A stretch of DNA of 64,000 bases from Alphaproteobacteria bacterium (lineage in GTDB: Bacteria; Pseudomonadota; Alphaproteobacteria; UBA828): the NCBI GenBank assembly GCA_965221125.1, contig CBDCRW010000003.1, forward strand, positions 192,001 through 256,000, in the 5' to 3' direction. Each line of letters begins with the position of its first letter. The first letter of the stretch is position 1. Below the pieces are notes generated by a model, which worked only from the letters and a program-made list of their open reading frames with translations, was not told the DNA's origin and ran no database searches. Shown here one piece after another: positions 9,614 through 20,105 of the stretch. A program made the position numbers and the translations under genes.

Positions 9614-10087
9614 ATGACGGGAGAGCACACTTACGCGGCGACGGTGACCTGGACCGGGAACCTCGGCGCCGGCACGGCAGGCTACAAGGCATACACGCGC
9701 GACCACGACATCGCGTGCCCCGGCAAGCCCGTGATCCGTGGCTCGGCCGACCCGGCCTATCGCGGCGATGCGACCCGGCTCAATCCTGAGGACATGCTGG
9801 TGGCGGCGCTCTCCGCCTGTCACATGCTCTGGTACCTGCACCTCTGCTCCGCCGCCGGCGTGGTCGTGACCGCGTATGAAGACGAGGCCGAGGGCGTCAT
9901 GCAGACCCACCCGCCCGAGGGCGCCGGCGAGTTCACCGGGGTGACCCTCAGACCCCGCGTGACGATCACGGCCGAGAGCGATGCCGAGACGGCAGAACGC
10001 CTGCACGAGACGGCCAACGCCAACTGCTTCGTCGCGCGTTCGGTCAGCTTTCCCGTGGATCACCGACCGACGATCGTGAAAGCGTAA
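9614..10087 (+). CDS. OsmC family peroxiredoxin
   Basis: WTGN.G, GSADPAYRGD, NPEDMLVAALSACHMLWYL and CFVARSV. Confidence 0.9.
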   Translation: MTGEHTYAATVTWTGNLGAGTAGYKAYTRDHDIACPGKPVIRGSADPAYRGDATRLNPEDMLVAALSACHMLWYLHLCSAAGVVVTAYEDEAEGVMQTHPPEGAGEFTGVTLRPRVTITAESDAETAERLHETANANCFVARSVSFPVDHRPTIVKA

Positions 10088-10111
10088 GTCCGGCCAAGGG
10101 CGATCAGTGGA

Positions 10112-11365
10112 TCACCTCACCTGGACCTTGACGCCGGGTCCGATCTCGGGGAAGCGGGTGGTGGCGACGCGCTCGCCGTCGGCGATCCCGCCCGAGACCA
10201 CCACGTCGTTGCCGACGCGCGCCAGCAGCGCCACAGGGCGGGGCTCGAGCCGGCCCTCGACCACGGCGTAGACCGTATCGCCCCCTACCAGCGCCGTCTC
10301 CGGCAGACGCGCCGCGGCCCGGTACACACGGTCCGGGATGCGAACCTCGACGAAGGCGCCGGGGCGAAGCGGCACGCGCGCGCCCGCATCCTCGATCCGC
10401 GCATAGACCCGCACCCCGCCGCTCGCCGCGTCCACCTCTCCGTCGGCCCGCTGGATCACCGCGCGGAAGGGGAAGTTGCGCTCGCCCGCCCGCCACGTCA
10501 CCTCCACGGGCCGCCCGCGCAGACCGGCGGGAGAGGAGACGAGCCGGCCATAGTCCCCGTCGCTCAGCTGGATGCGGATGTCGAGGCGCGCCTGGTCCAG
10601 CAGGCGCACGACGCGGTCGTTCACGCCGAGCCGCTTGCCGAGCGCCGCCGAGACATCCGTGAGATAGCCGTCGAAGGGCGCGATCAGCCGCGTGTTCTCA
10701 AGGTCGCGCTCCGCCCGCTCCAGCGCCACCCTGCTCCGCGCGATCACCGCATCCTGGCGCGCAAGCCGCGCCCGCAGACCCGCCGCACGCCGCTCCGTCG
10801 CCGCCACCGCCCGCGCCCGCTCGCTGCGCCGAACCAGGGCATCGTCGACCGTCTTCTGGGCCGCCGTCCCCTTGGCGAGAAGCGCCTCGCGCCGCGCAAG
10901 CTCGCGCTCCGCCAGCGCAAGCTGGGTGCGGTCCTCCGCCAGGCCCGACTCCTCCGCCCCGAGCTCGGCCCCGGTCTCCGCCAGCTGCGCCCGCGCCTCC
11001 GCGAGCGCTGCCTCCGCCTCCGTCACCGCAGCGCGGTACTCGAAGGGGTCGATCTCCACCAGCAAGTCGCCGGCGCGGACCGTGCCGCCGTTCACGAAGT
11101 TCTCACCCACCGCCACGACCGGGCCCGCCACCAGCGCGCGCAACTCCACGTCGCGCTGCGCCACCACCTCGCCGTAGGCCGAGATGGAGGGCTGGACGTC
11201 CAGGATCGCCACCGTCGCCGCGGCGATGGGCCGCGCGCGTTCCTCGAACCCGGTGCGCTCGATTTCCGGCTTCGTCGCCCGCAGGTAGCCGACCGCCAGC
11301 ACCGCGCACACCAGCGTCAGCAGCGGAAGCGCGATCTTCAGAAAGCGATAGCGGCGACGGGCCAA
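10112..11365 (-). CDS. RND efflux periplasmic adaptor (MFP) subunit
   Basis: N-terminal TM, lipoyl-like G..V.AGDLLVEID, long coiled coil, APFDG and LRPGAFV. Confidence 0.88.
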   Translation of the reverse strand: MARRRYRFLKIALPLLTLVCAVLAVGYLRATKPEIERTGFEERARPIAAATVAILDVQPSISAYGEVVAQRDVELRALVAGPVVAVGENFVNGGTVRAGDLLVEIDPFEYRAAVTEAEAALAEARAQLAETGAELGAEESGLAEDRTQLALAERELARREALLAKGTAAQKTVDDALVRRSERARAVAATERRAAGLRARLARQDAVIARSRVALERAERDLENTRLIAPFDGYLTDVSAALGKRLGVNDRVVRLLDQARLDIRIQLSDGDYGRLVSSPAGLRGRPVEVTWRAGERNFPFRAVIQRADGEVDAASGGVRVYARIEDAGARVPLRPGAFVEVRIPDRVYRAAARLPETALVGGDTVYAVVEGRLEPRPVALLARVGNDVVVSGGIADGERVATTRFPEIGPGVKVQVR

Positions 11366-11548
11366 GGGCTAACCGGCTCCTCCGGTCATTCGGGGCGGCG
11401 GAAAAGGCCGCGCGCGGTCTCAACTCCCGCGACTGCAATTCTACACCTGTTACGGGCGCGACCGCGAAATTTCGCGTGTCCCACGCGGCGGCCTGCGCGA
11501 CCTCCGGCGATGCGACGGCGCCCGGCCCCGCGCCGGACTCGATCGGGA

Positions 11549-14500
11549 TTATTCCCGGCGGCCCTCGGCAATCATGACCAATGCCGGCAGGACGAACAGG
11601 ATGCCCAACGTGGCAGCCACGAGGCCGCCCAGCATGCTGACCACGAACGGCACGAAGACGATCAGCGAGTCGCTGCGCTCGTACAGGAGCGGCGAGAGCC
11701 CCAGCACGGTGGTCAGGCTCGTCAGGAACACTGCCCGGAAGCGCTGCCGGGCTGCCGCCGAGGCTGCGGCGATGGCGGGAATCATCTCGTTGTCCCGCCG
11801 GATCCTGTTGTAGCGATCCAACAGCACCAGCGCGTCGTTCACGACCACGCCGCCGACGGCGATCATGCCGAAGAGCGACATGGTGGTCAGATCCCACCCG
11901 AGGATCCAGTGGCTCACGATCGCGCCTGCGAAGGCGATGGGAATCCCCACCACCGCAACGAGGGGCTTCCAGTAGCTGCGCAGGAAGGCCGCGATCAGCG
12001 CATAGATCGCGATCAGCACGATGGGGACCAGGATCCCCAGCGTCCCGAGCAGGTCGCTCTCGTCCCTGGCGCCCGCCTCGGTCTCGACCGCGAGGCCCGG
12101 ATACTTTGCAAGAAGGTCGGGAATGACCTGCTCGTGGATGTCACGCCGCGCCTGAATGGGGGTGATCACGGCAACGTCCGCGCGCGCGTTGACGCGCACG
12201 GCGCGCTTGCCGTCGATCCGCGTCAGCGTCGCCGGCTCGCGCTTCTCGGTGATGCGGGCCACCACCGAGAGCGGCACTTCGCCGCCGCCGGGCCGATGAA
12301 TCCGCTCGCCGGCCAGGTCGCTGAGACTGCTGCGATGCTCGGCCGGATACCTGACGACGACCCTGATCTCCTCGCGGCCCCGCTGGATACGCTGGACCTC
12401 CGCGCCGTGGAAGGCGGCGCGCAGCTGCCCGCCCACGAGCGCGGGCGTCAGTCCGGCGGCCTTTCCGGCCGGCGTCAGCTCGACCTCGAAGGTCCGCTTG
12501 CCCAGCGCCAGGTCGTCCGAGACCCCGTAGATCCCCGGCACGGCCGCCATCGCCGCTCTCAGCTCGGCGGCGGCATCCCGCAATCTCTCCGGGTCCTCGT
12601 GCTTGAGCGCGTAGGAGACGCTCGGCCTTGCTTCGATGCGCCTGGAGCGGAACTCGGCCTTCTCCAGGTTCAGCACGGGGCCGATGGCCCGGCGCCACGC
12701 CCGCTCGATTTCCGCCGGGCTCGCCGTGCGCTCGGGCCGGTCGTTGAGATGCAGGCGCACCGATGCGAGATGGCTGCTGTTCAGCCTCTCCTTGATCGGC
12801 CGCCCGGTCTCAATGTTGCCGATGATCATGCTCACCGCATCGATGGACGAGCCGTCCAACGCGTCGTCGATGCCGTGCGCCGAGTCCACGAATTGCTGGG
12901 CCGCGGCGAGCGTCTCTTCGAACGGCGTCCCGGCCGGGAGGTAGATGTCCGCCTGAACGTGGTCGGTGCTGCTCAGGTTTTCGTCCATGAGGACGATCCG
13001 CACCGTGTCGGTACCGATGAGCAGCACGGCGACAACCAGAGCGAGGATGCCGCCGGCGATGGAGAGCCAGACGTTGCGCACCGCCCATGCGGCCGCAGGC
13101 GCCACGACCCTGTCCCGCACCTCGTCCAGCCATCCGCCCATCTGGCTCTGCACGTCGCTCAGCGGCGAAAGGCTCCAGCGCCGCCCGTGCGACAGATGGG
13201 CCGGCAGAATGAAGAACGCGGCGGCGAGCGAAACCAGCAGGACGAAGATCGCGACATAGGGGAACACGTTCACGATCTGATAGGCGGGCGACGTGACGAA
13301 GAGAAACGGCAGGAAGGCCAGGATCGTCGTGATGGCGCCGATAACCAGCGGCCCCACCATGGCCCGCGCGCCGGATATCGCCGCATCGAGCGCGTTCTTC
13401 CCCCTCTCGCGCTCCGCCGCGATGCTTTCCCCCACCACAACCGAGTCATCGACCACGATGCCGACCAGGAGGAAGAAGCCGAAGAGCGTGCCGAGATTCA
13501 GGGTCAGGTCCGCGACATCGAAGAACAGCAGGGCGCCCACGAACGAGAGCGGAATGCCGACGGTCATCCAGAATGCGGTGCGCAGCTCGAAGACGAGAAC
13601 GAGGCTGATGAATACCAGAACGATGCCGATCGCCCCGTTCTTCACGATCTCCAGCAAGCGGTGGAAGATGGGGCCCGCCGCATCGTTCCAGACGCTGACG
13701 CTCGCACCGTCGGGCGGGACATAGTTCGCAAGCAGGTCCCTGATATCGTCGGCCATGTGGACGACCGATTGCTGGTCAGTCGCGTTGACGCGAACGAGCA
13801 CCGCCGGCTGGCCGTTGACTTCGGTGATCACCTGCTCGTCGACGAACCCGTCGCGGATCGTCGCGACGTCGCCGAGCGTCACGATCGTGCCGCCGAGGTT
13901 GGTGGTGAGCGGAATGTCCCCAAAATCCTGCCCGACGCTCCTCTTGGCGACGGTCTGCAGGATCACGCTGCCGGAGTCCGTCTCGATCTCGCCCATGGTG
14001 AGGTTGACCGACGCCCGCCTCACCGTCGCGGACACCGCGGCGATTGAGAGCCTGTGACGACGCAGCTCCTCCTCGTTCAACTCTATGGTGATCTCGCGGT
14101 CGCGGGTGCCCTTGAGGGACACCAGGGACACGGAAGGCAACGCCAGCACCCGGTCGCGCAGATCCTCCGCCGCGAGGCGCAAGCCGTTCTCCGAAAGGGA
14201 GGCCGACGTGACGGCCAGCGTCATGACCTCGTGGGCGAGCTTGAAAAGCACGACCTCCGGCTGTTCCGCCCTGACCGGCGGAAAGTTCTCGATGCTGTCG
14301 ACCGCGCTCTGGATGTCGTTGAAGACCGCGTCGGCGTCGGCGAAGGTCGCCATCTCCGCCGTGACCCGGCCGATGCTCTGGCTTGCGGTCGCCACCACGC
14401 GCTCGACGCCCGACAGTCCGACGATGCTCTCCTCGATGCGCCGGTTGATGTCCTCCTCGACCTCCTGGGGCGATGCGCCGGGGTACAGCACCGAGACGGC

Positions 14501-14704
14501 GACCTGCCGCGCCTCGATGTCGGGATAGTACTGGACGATGAGCTGCAGTCCGGAGAGCACGCCGCCCACGATCAGCAGGATCATCAGCAGGTTGGCGGCG
14601 ACGGGATTGTCCGCGAAGTAGGCGATCAGCCCCGACTTGAGGCCGGTCGGGCCAGGCTGTGCGGCGGGTGTGGCGTCGCTGCCGCCGGCGTCGGTCATGC
14701 TCAT
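11549..14704 (-). CDS. RND efflux permease (AcrB/AcrD/AcrF family)
   Basis: 1051 aa; FADNPVAANLLM, YPGASPQEVEE, GIVVDDSVVVGE proton-relay motif and RFRAVFLTSLTTVLGLSPL. Confidence 0.93.
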   Translation of the reverse strand: MSMTDAGGSDATPAAQPGPTGLKSGLIAYFADNPVAANLLMILLIVGGVLSGLQLIVQYYPDIEARQVAVSVLYPGASPQEVEEDINRRIEESIVGLSGVERVVATASQSIGRVTAEMATFADADAVFNDIQSAVDSIENFPPVRAEQPEVVLFKLAHEVMTLAVTSASLSENGLRLAAEDLRDRVLALPSVSLVSLKGTRDREITIELNEEELRRHRLSIAAVSATVRRASVNLTMGEIETDSGSVILQTVAKRSVGQDFGDIPLTTNLGGTIVTLGDVATIRDGFVDEQVITEVNGQPAVLVRVNATDQQSVVHMADDIRDLLANYVPPDGASVSVWNDAAGPIFHRLLEIVKNGAIGIVLVFISLVLVFELRTAFWMTVGIPLSFVGALLFFDVADLTLNLGTLFGFFLLVGIVVDDSVVVGESIAAERERGKNALDAAISGARAMVGPLVIGAITTILAFLPFLFVTSPAYQIVNVFPYVAIFVLLVSLAAAFFILPAHLSHGRRWSLSPLSDVQSQMGGWLDEVRDRVVAPAAAWAVRNVWLSIAGGILALVVAVLLIGTDTVRIVLMDENLSSTDHVQADIYLPAGTPFEETLAAAQQFVDSAHGIDDALDGSSIDAVSMIIGNIETGRPIKERLNSSHLASVRLHLNDRPERTASPAEIERAWRRAIGPVLNLEKAEFRSRRIEARPSVSYALKHEDPERLRDAAAELRAAMAAVPGIYGVSDDLALGKRTFEVELTPAGKAAGLTPALVGGQLRAAFHGAEVQRIQRGREEIRVVVRYPAEHRSSLSDLAGERIHRPGGGEVPLSVVARITEKREPATLTRIDGKRAVRVNARADVAVITPIQARRDIHEQVIPDLLAKYPGLAVETEAGARDESDLLGTLGILVPIVLIAIYALIAAFLRSYWKPLVAVVGIPIAFAGAIVSHWILGWDLTTMSLFGMIAVGGVVVNDALVLLDRYNRIRRDNEMIPAIAAASAAARQRFRAVFLTSLTTVLGLSPLLYERSDSLIVFVPFVVSMLGGLVAATLGILFVLPALVMIAEGRRE

Positions 14705-14716
14705 CGCCCGGCTCCG

Positions 14717-15901
14717 CTATTCCGACGCCTGCGCATCGCTGACCTCGACGGCCAATCCCTCTCGTGCGCCCGGCAAGGTGCCGACGACGACGCCGTCTCC
14801 CACGTCGAACGCCTCCACCACCAGGCCGCCGTCGGCGTATCCCAGCGCGCGCGGCTGGACGGCCTTCAGTGCGCCGCCGTCGACGATCCAGACGCCGCCC
14901 CGATCCCGCACCGCCGCTTCCGGCAGGACGAACACGTTGTCGTGCACGGGCCCTGCGATCGAAACCTCCGCGAACATGCCGGGCAGCGGCAGCGAGTCCC
15001 GTGCCTCGCCATCCGCAAAGTCCAGGAACAGCGTCGCCATGCGCGTCTTGGGGGCGATGATCGCGGACGTTCGCACCACAGTCGCCGCGTAGGTCGCGGA
15101 TGACGTGCGAATCGTCGCGGAACGGCCGATGGCCGGCGCGAGATGGGCCAGGTCATCCTGCTGGATCGGCGCCCTCACCTGGAGTGCAGCGGTCCGATAT
15201 ACGGAGCCCAGCCCTGCGTCCGGTCCAACGATGTCCGGAGGGCCGACGAATTCACCGATCTCGAGGTCCGTCTTGATCACGCGGCCGTCGTAGGGGAGCG
15301 AGATGTTCGTCCGTTCGAGCCGGAGCGCCGCCAGCTTCAGGGCAGCCTGCGCGCTCGCCAGCGCGGCCTCCGCCTTCGCGATCCAGTGCGTGCCGCGAAT
15401 CCGGCCGGGAACCTCCGCATCCGGATTGTCGCGCACGAACGCTCTTTCCTTCTCCTCCGCTCTTGCGCGCGCGGCCTCGAGACGGGCCTCGGCGTGCCTG
15501 ACCGCCACCTCCGCCGCTTCGACTTCAAGCTCGTATTCGGTCGGGTCGATCCTGATGAACGGCTCGTTCGCGGCGACCGACCCGCCGTTCCTGAACGTGG
15601 GCGAGATCCAGGCCACGCGGCCGGCGACCTCGGACGTGACCCTGGCCTTGCCCATCAGCGTCACGCCGCCCGTCACGTCGACCGTCAGCGCGTGCTCGCC
15701 CGCCGCAGGCTTTATCGTCTTGACGGTTGGCTTGGCCTGCTCGAGCGCCACGTCGGAGATGGGATCGCGCTCCACCCGGCTCGGCGCCTGCGCGAAGTAC
15801 AAGGCGACCCCGATGGCAGCCAATATCAGGACCAGCTGCGCGTAGCCCATCCACCTGGGACGGCCGGATCTACCGTGGGGCTCTGTCGTTTCCTGTGCCA
15901 T
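14717..15901 (-). CDS. RND efflux periplasmic adaptor (MFP) subunit
   Basis: TM anchor, SEVAGRV, coiled coil, LPYDGRV and PGMFAEV; directly upstream of the permease. Confidence 0.88.
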   Translation of the reverse strand: MAQETTEPHGRSGRPRWMGYAQLVLILAAIGVALYFAQAPSRVERDPISDVALEQAKPTVKTIKPAAGEHALTVDVTGGVTLMGKARVTSEVAGRVAWISPTFRNGGSVAANEPFIRIDPTEYELEVEAAEVAVRHAEARLEAARARAEEKERAFVRDNPDAEVPGRIRGTHWIAKAEAALASAQAALKLAALRLERTNISLPYDGRVIKTDLEIGEFVGPPDIVGPDAGLGSVYRTAALQVRAPIQQDDLAHLAPAIGRSATIRTSSATYAATVVRTSAIIAPKTRMATLFLDFADGEARDSLPLPGMFAEVSIAGPVHDNVFVLPEAAVRDRGGVWIVDGGALKAVQPRALGYADGGLVVEAFDVGDGVVVGTLPGAREGLAVEVSDAQASE

Positions 15902-16327
15902 CGCTCATTCCGAGTCCGTGTGACGGGTCTCCAAACCTTCTCGACAGCGCCGAGCGCACGGCCAGGCGGCGCAGGGCGCTGTCGCCCATCCCGATCCTCT
16001 CGCAGTCGACCGGGGATCGCGCGCGTCGTGGGAAGAGACACCCCGTTGCCCTCGCGTCTGGCAACGGTTTGGCCGCCCGTGAGCGCTCCGCAGAGTCAGG
16101 TGGACCTCGGCATCCTCCCAGTCTCCATCGCGACTCCCTGTCAGTCGAACGGGACGGCTTATCGCGTCTTCGTGCCGCGAATACGCTGACATTCCACGGT
16201 GCCAGGTGTCAACTCGATTGCCGCGGTTCGGCCTGCGTCACGGACAGCCCGGCAGCGATTCGGCAGCCGCGCCCCCAGCGCGCTATGATTCGGCCGCGGC
16301 GCGATGAAGAAGCGGAGGGAAATTCCG

Positions 16328-17761
16328 ATGAGCGGCTTCGCGGAGTACGAATCATACGATGCGCTGGGTCTCGCGGCGCTCGTCAAGGCGGGCGAGGTCA
16401 GCGCGACGGAGGTGCTCGAAGCAGCCATCGCGCGCGTGGGCGAACGCAACCCCACCGTCAACGCGGTCGTCATGGAGCTTTACGACCTCGCGGCGGAGGC
16501 CATCGCGGCGGGCCTGCCGGACGGGCCGCTCACCGGCGTGCCGTTCCTGCTCAAGGATCTCGGCTCGTCGCTCGCCGGCGCCAGGACAGCGCGGGGCAGC
16601 CGCTTCTTCGCCGACCTGCCGCCGGCCGCCGAGGACAGCCTCCACGTCACGCGCCTCAAGCAGGCCGGCATGGTGATCTACGGCAAGACGAGCAGCTGCG
16701 AGCTCGGCCTCAGCCTCACCTGCGAGCCCCAGCTCTACGGCCCCTCGCGCAACCCCTGGGACCTGGAGCGGACACCCGCCGGCTCCAGCGGCGGCGCTGC
16801 GGCGGCCGTGGCGGCCCGCATGCTGCCCATCGCCCATGCCTCGGACGGATTCGGCTCGATCCGCGCGCCGGCGGCCTCCTGCGGCCTGGTCGGCCTGCGC
16901 CCGACGCGGGCGCGCAACACCATGGCGCCCTACTTCGGCGAATCGCTCGGCGGGCTCGCGGTGGAGAACGCGGTCTCGCTCACGGTCCGCGACAGCGCGG
17001 CGCTGCTCGATGCGACGGCCGGTCCTGCGCCGGGCGATCCCTACATCGCGCCGCCGCCGGCCCGCCCCTTCCTCGACGAGGTCGGCGCCGATCCCGGCAC
17101 GCTCCGCATCGCGGTCACCAGCACGGCGCCGAACGACGCGCCGGTGGAGGCCGACCCGCTGCGCGTGCTGCAGGAGACCGCGTCGCTCTGCGCCGACCTC
17201 GGCCATCGGGTGGACGAGGCCGACCCGGCGATCGACGGCGCCGACGTGGTGCCGACCTTCCGCACCATCAGCGCCATTCAGATCCTCTACCTGATTCGGG
17301 CTCATCCTGCCGGCCGGACGCCGCAGCCGGGCGATCTCGAGACCGTGGTGGCGGACACCGCCAAACTCGCCGAGGGGATCGACGGCGCGACCTACATGGC
17401 GGCGGTCCACACGGCGCACCGGATCGGCCGGCAAATGGCGGCGTTCCACGAGGACTGGGACGTGCTGCTCACGCCGGGCCTCGGCACGCTGCCGCCGAAA
17501 CTCGGCTGGCTCGACATGATGATGGACGATCTGGAGGAGTACTGGCGGCGCGTGTTCAGCTTCAGCCCGTTCACGGTGTGGTTCAACCTCACCGGCCAGC
17601 CGGCCATGATGATCCCGCTCGGGCAGACGGAGAGCGGCTTCCCGGTGGCGGTGCAGGCGATCGCCCGCCACGGCGACGAGGCCACGCTGTTCCGCCTCGC
17701 CGCCCAGCTCGAAGAGGCCCGCCCCTGGATCGGCCGCAGGCCCGCGTGGACTACATCCTGA
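16328..17761 (+). CDS. Amidase signature family protein
   Basis: [19 protein letters not shown] and [11 protein letters not shown] (Ser-cisSer-Lys triad); GGAGG RBS. Confidence 0.92.
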   Translation: MSGFAEYESYDALGLAALVKAGEVSATEVLEAAIARVGERNPTVNAVVMELYDLAAEAIAAGLPDGPLTGVPFLLKDLGSSLAGARTARGSRFFADLPPAAEDSLHVTRLKQAGMVIYGKTSSCELGLSLTCEPQLYGPSRNPWDLERTPAGSSGGAAAAVAARMLPIAHASDGFGSIRAPAASCGLVGLRPTRARNTMAPYFGESLGGLAVENAVSLTVRDSAALLDATAGPAPGDPYIAPPPARPFLDEVGADPGTLRIAVTSTAPNDAPVEADPLRVLQETASLCADLGHRVDEADPAIDGADVVPTFRTISAIQILYLIRAHPAGRTPQPGDLETVVADTAKLAEGIDGATYMAAVHTAHRIGRQMAAFHEDWDVLLTPGLGTLPPKLGWLDMMMDDLEEYWRRVFSFSPFTVWFNLTGQPAMMIPLGQTESGFPVAVQAIARHGDEATLFRLAAQLEEARPWIGRRPAWTTS

Positions 17762-20081
17762 CGCGCGACTTGTCGGGGTCATAGAAGGGGAACGGCACGA
17801 CCGTCGCCTCGAGGCGCTTCTGCACGTCGTCGAGCTGGCCCACCTCGACGGCGGTGCCGAGCCCCGCGTGCTCCACCGCCATGCGGCAGAGCGCGATGGA
17901 CTTTCCGGTCAGCGGCGAGCGCGTGCCCGACGTGACGACGCCGACGCGGTGGCGGCCGACGAACACGCCATCGCCGTGGCCCGCCACCTCGTCGCCCGCA
18001 AGCTCCAGGCCGACCAGCGTGCGCTGCGGGTTGGCCCTGCGCTTGATGAGCGCCGCCCTGCCGCAAAAGTCGTCCTCCTTGGACTTGAGCGGCACCGCAA
18101 ACCCGATCCCGGCCTCGAAGGGGTCGGTTTGATCGTCGAACTCGTAGCCCGCGAAGATCAGACCGGCCTCGATCCGCAGCATGTCGAGCGCTTCGAGGCC
18201 GAGCGGGCTCAGCCCGTGCGGCTCGCCCGCCTCGAAGACCGCGTCCCACACCGCCGCGCAATCGCCCGGATGGCAGAAAATCTCGTAGCCCAGCTCGCCG
18301 GTGTAGCCCGTGCGCGAGACCACCAGGGGCGAGCCGTCCGCGCCGCCCAGCCGCCCGACGGCGAAGCGGAACCAGCCGAGTTCCCCGACGCTCGGCTGGG
18401 CCGGCGGGGTCCAGACGACCGCGTCCACCACCTGCCGGCTCAGCGGACCCTGGACGGAGAGGTTGTGGAGCTGGTCGGTCGACGAGCGGACCCACACGTC
18501 GAGGCCCAGCGCCTCGGCCTGCTCACGCAGCCAGTCGCCGCCCTGGTCGCAGCCGCCGATCCAGCGGAAATTGTCCCGGCCCAGCCGGAACAGCGTGCCG
18601 TCGTCGAGCATCGTGCCGGTGTCGTAGCACATGGCCGTGTAGACGACCTGCCCCACCGCGAGCTTCCGCACGTTGCGGGTGAGGCAGTGCTGCAATAGCG
18701 CCTCCGCCCCCGGCCCCAGGACCTCGAACTTGCGCAGCGGCGAAAGGTCGATGGCGGCGGCGCGCTCGCGGCAGGCCCAGTATTCGGCGATCGGCCCGAC
18801 GCCGGTATAGCTGTTGGGCAGCCAATAGCCGTTGTATTCCACGAAGTCGCGGGTGCGGCCGCTGCTGCGGGCGTGGAAGCCGGTTTCCTTCGTCATGGTC
18901 ACGTCCGCGTCCGGTTGTTTGCGGTGACCGACGGCGCGCTTGAACGAGTCCGTCGCCGGATAGACGCGCACGTGAATGTCGGTGGGGTTCCAGCCGTTCG
19001 CCGCGTCGATGTCGTCCGGGCACGCGGACGAGACGCACACCAGGTCGGTGAGCGCGCGCAGCAGCACGTAGTCGCCGGGGCGCGACCACGGCTCGTCGAG
19101 AACGAACAGGTTCTGGCCGTCGACCACGGTGTTGTAGAAGAAGTTCATGGCCATCCAGCCGCGCCGGGGCTGAATCGCATACGCCTCCAGCGCGGCGTTG
19201 AAATTGTCGGAACAATTCGCGTGGCCGGGGTAGCCCTGGTCCTCGTAGTACTTGGCGGCGCAGGCGAGGCCGAAGGCGTCGTGGCGCATGCACGTGTCCT
19301 GCACCACCTCCACCAGCGCCACGAAATCCTGATCGAGATACTTGGCGCGCTGGCCGGGATGGGGATAGCCGAGGCCCATCAGCGAGCGGGTCGTGGTCAC
19401 GTCCAGGCAGCGCTCGACGCCTTCATCGAGCCGTGCCCGGTGGAAGGCCTGGAAGTCCGTGCACTGCCTGCCCTCGACATCGATGATCTGAAGCCACTCG
19501 CCGGCGCGCACCTCGTAGCTCGCGGCCGTGCGGCGATCGATCCGCCGGTCGAGGCGCGGGTCCGCCAGCGGCTCGGGCAGCATCGCCTCGCCTGCCGGCG
19601 GCGCACCGGCCGCACGCTCGACGAACACGATGATCGGCGTGGGCGGGTTCTGACCGTGCGGAGCCATCGGCGCACCCGGCGCGGCAACGAGCACCGTGCC
19701 GGCGGCGTTCGCGGTGAATGACGCCTCCTCGCCCGCGCGGCTCTCCGAACTGAACAGGTCGAGGGACGAGGCGCCGGCGAGGTCCCGGTCCACGCGCGCG
19801 GCACCGTCAGAAACCAGCCGGCGGAGGCCGGAAGCATCGCCCCCTGCCCTCTCCCCCAGCAGGTCGGTAGCAAAGCGGCCGTCGTCCGCCACGGGCACCA
19901 GCTCGCAGGGCTGCGCGCCCTCGGGATCGACGACGCGGACGACGTCGCCGCCGGCGATCCGTATGGCCTTCGCGCCGAGCCCCGGCACGACGTAGCGCTC
20001 GACCCCCGGCGGGAGCGCGTGCGGGCCGGGCCGCCGCACGCCCCGGCCGGGACGGGACGCACCGGCTGAAACCATGTCCAT
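17751..20081 (-). CDS. tdm: Trimethylamine N-oxide demethylase (DUF1989 + GcvT-like THF-binding domain)
   Basis: 776 aa. DUF1989 half has HDAFGLAC, GHANCSDNFN and SSACPDDID; GcvT half has DLSPLRKFEV, SRTGYTGELGYE and LRIEAGL. Lies directly downstream of a TmoXWV-like transporter. Confidence 0.85.
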   Translation of the reverse strand: MDMVSAGASRPGRGVRRPGPHALPPGVERYVVPGLGAKAIRIAGGDVVRVVDPEGAQPCELVPVADDGRFATDLLGERAGGDASGLRRLVSDGAARVDRDLAGASSLDLFSSESRAGEEASFTANAAGTVLVAAPGAPMAPHGQNPPTPIIVFVERAAGAPPAGEAMLPEPLADPRLDRRIDRRTAASYEVRAGEWLQIIDVEGRQCTDFQAFHRARLDEGVERCLDVTTTRSLMGLGYPHPGQRAKYLDQDFVALVEVVQDTCMRHDAFGLACAAKYYEDQGYPGHANCSDNFNAALEAYAIQPRRGWMAMNFFYNTVVDGQNLFVLDEPWSRPGDYVLLRALTDLVCVSSACPDDIDAANGWNPTDIHVRVYPATDSFKRAVGHRKQPDADVTMTKETGFHARSSGRTRDFVEYNGYWLPNSYTGVGPIAEYWACRERAAAIDLSPLRKFEVLGPGAEALLQHCLTRNVRKLAVGQVVYTAMCYDTGTMLDDGTLFRLGRDNFRWIGGCDQGGDWLREQAEALGLDVWVRSSTDQLHNLSVQGPLSRQVVDAVVWTPPAQPSVGELGWFRFAVGRLGGADGSPLVVSRTGYTGELGYEIFCHPGDCAAVWDAVFEAGEPHGLSPLGLEALDMLRIEAGLIFAGYEFDDQTDPFEAGIGFAVPLKSKEDDFCGRAALIKRRANPQRTLVGLELAGDEVAGHGDGVFVGRHRVGVVTSGTRSPLTGKSIALCRMAVEHAGLGTAVEVGQLDDVQKRLEATVVPFPFYDPDKSRVRM

Positions 20082-20105
20082 TTCCTCGTCTCCCTCGGCG
20101 GTCGC

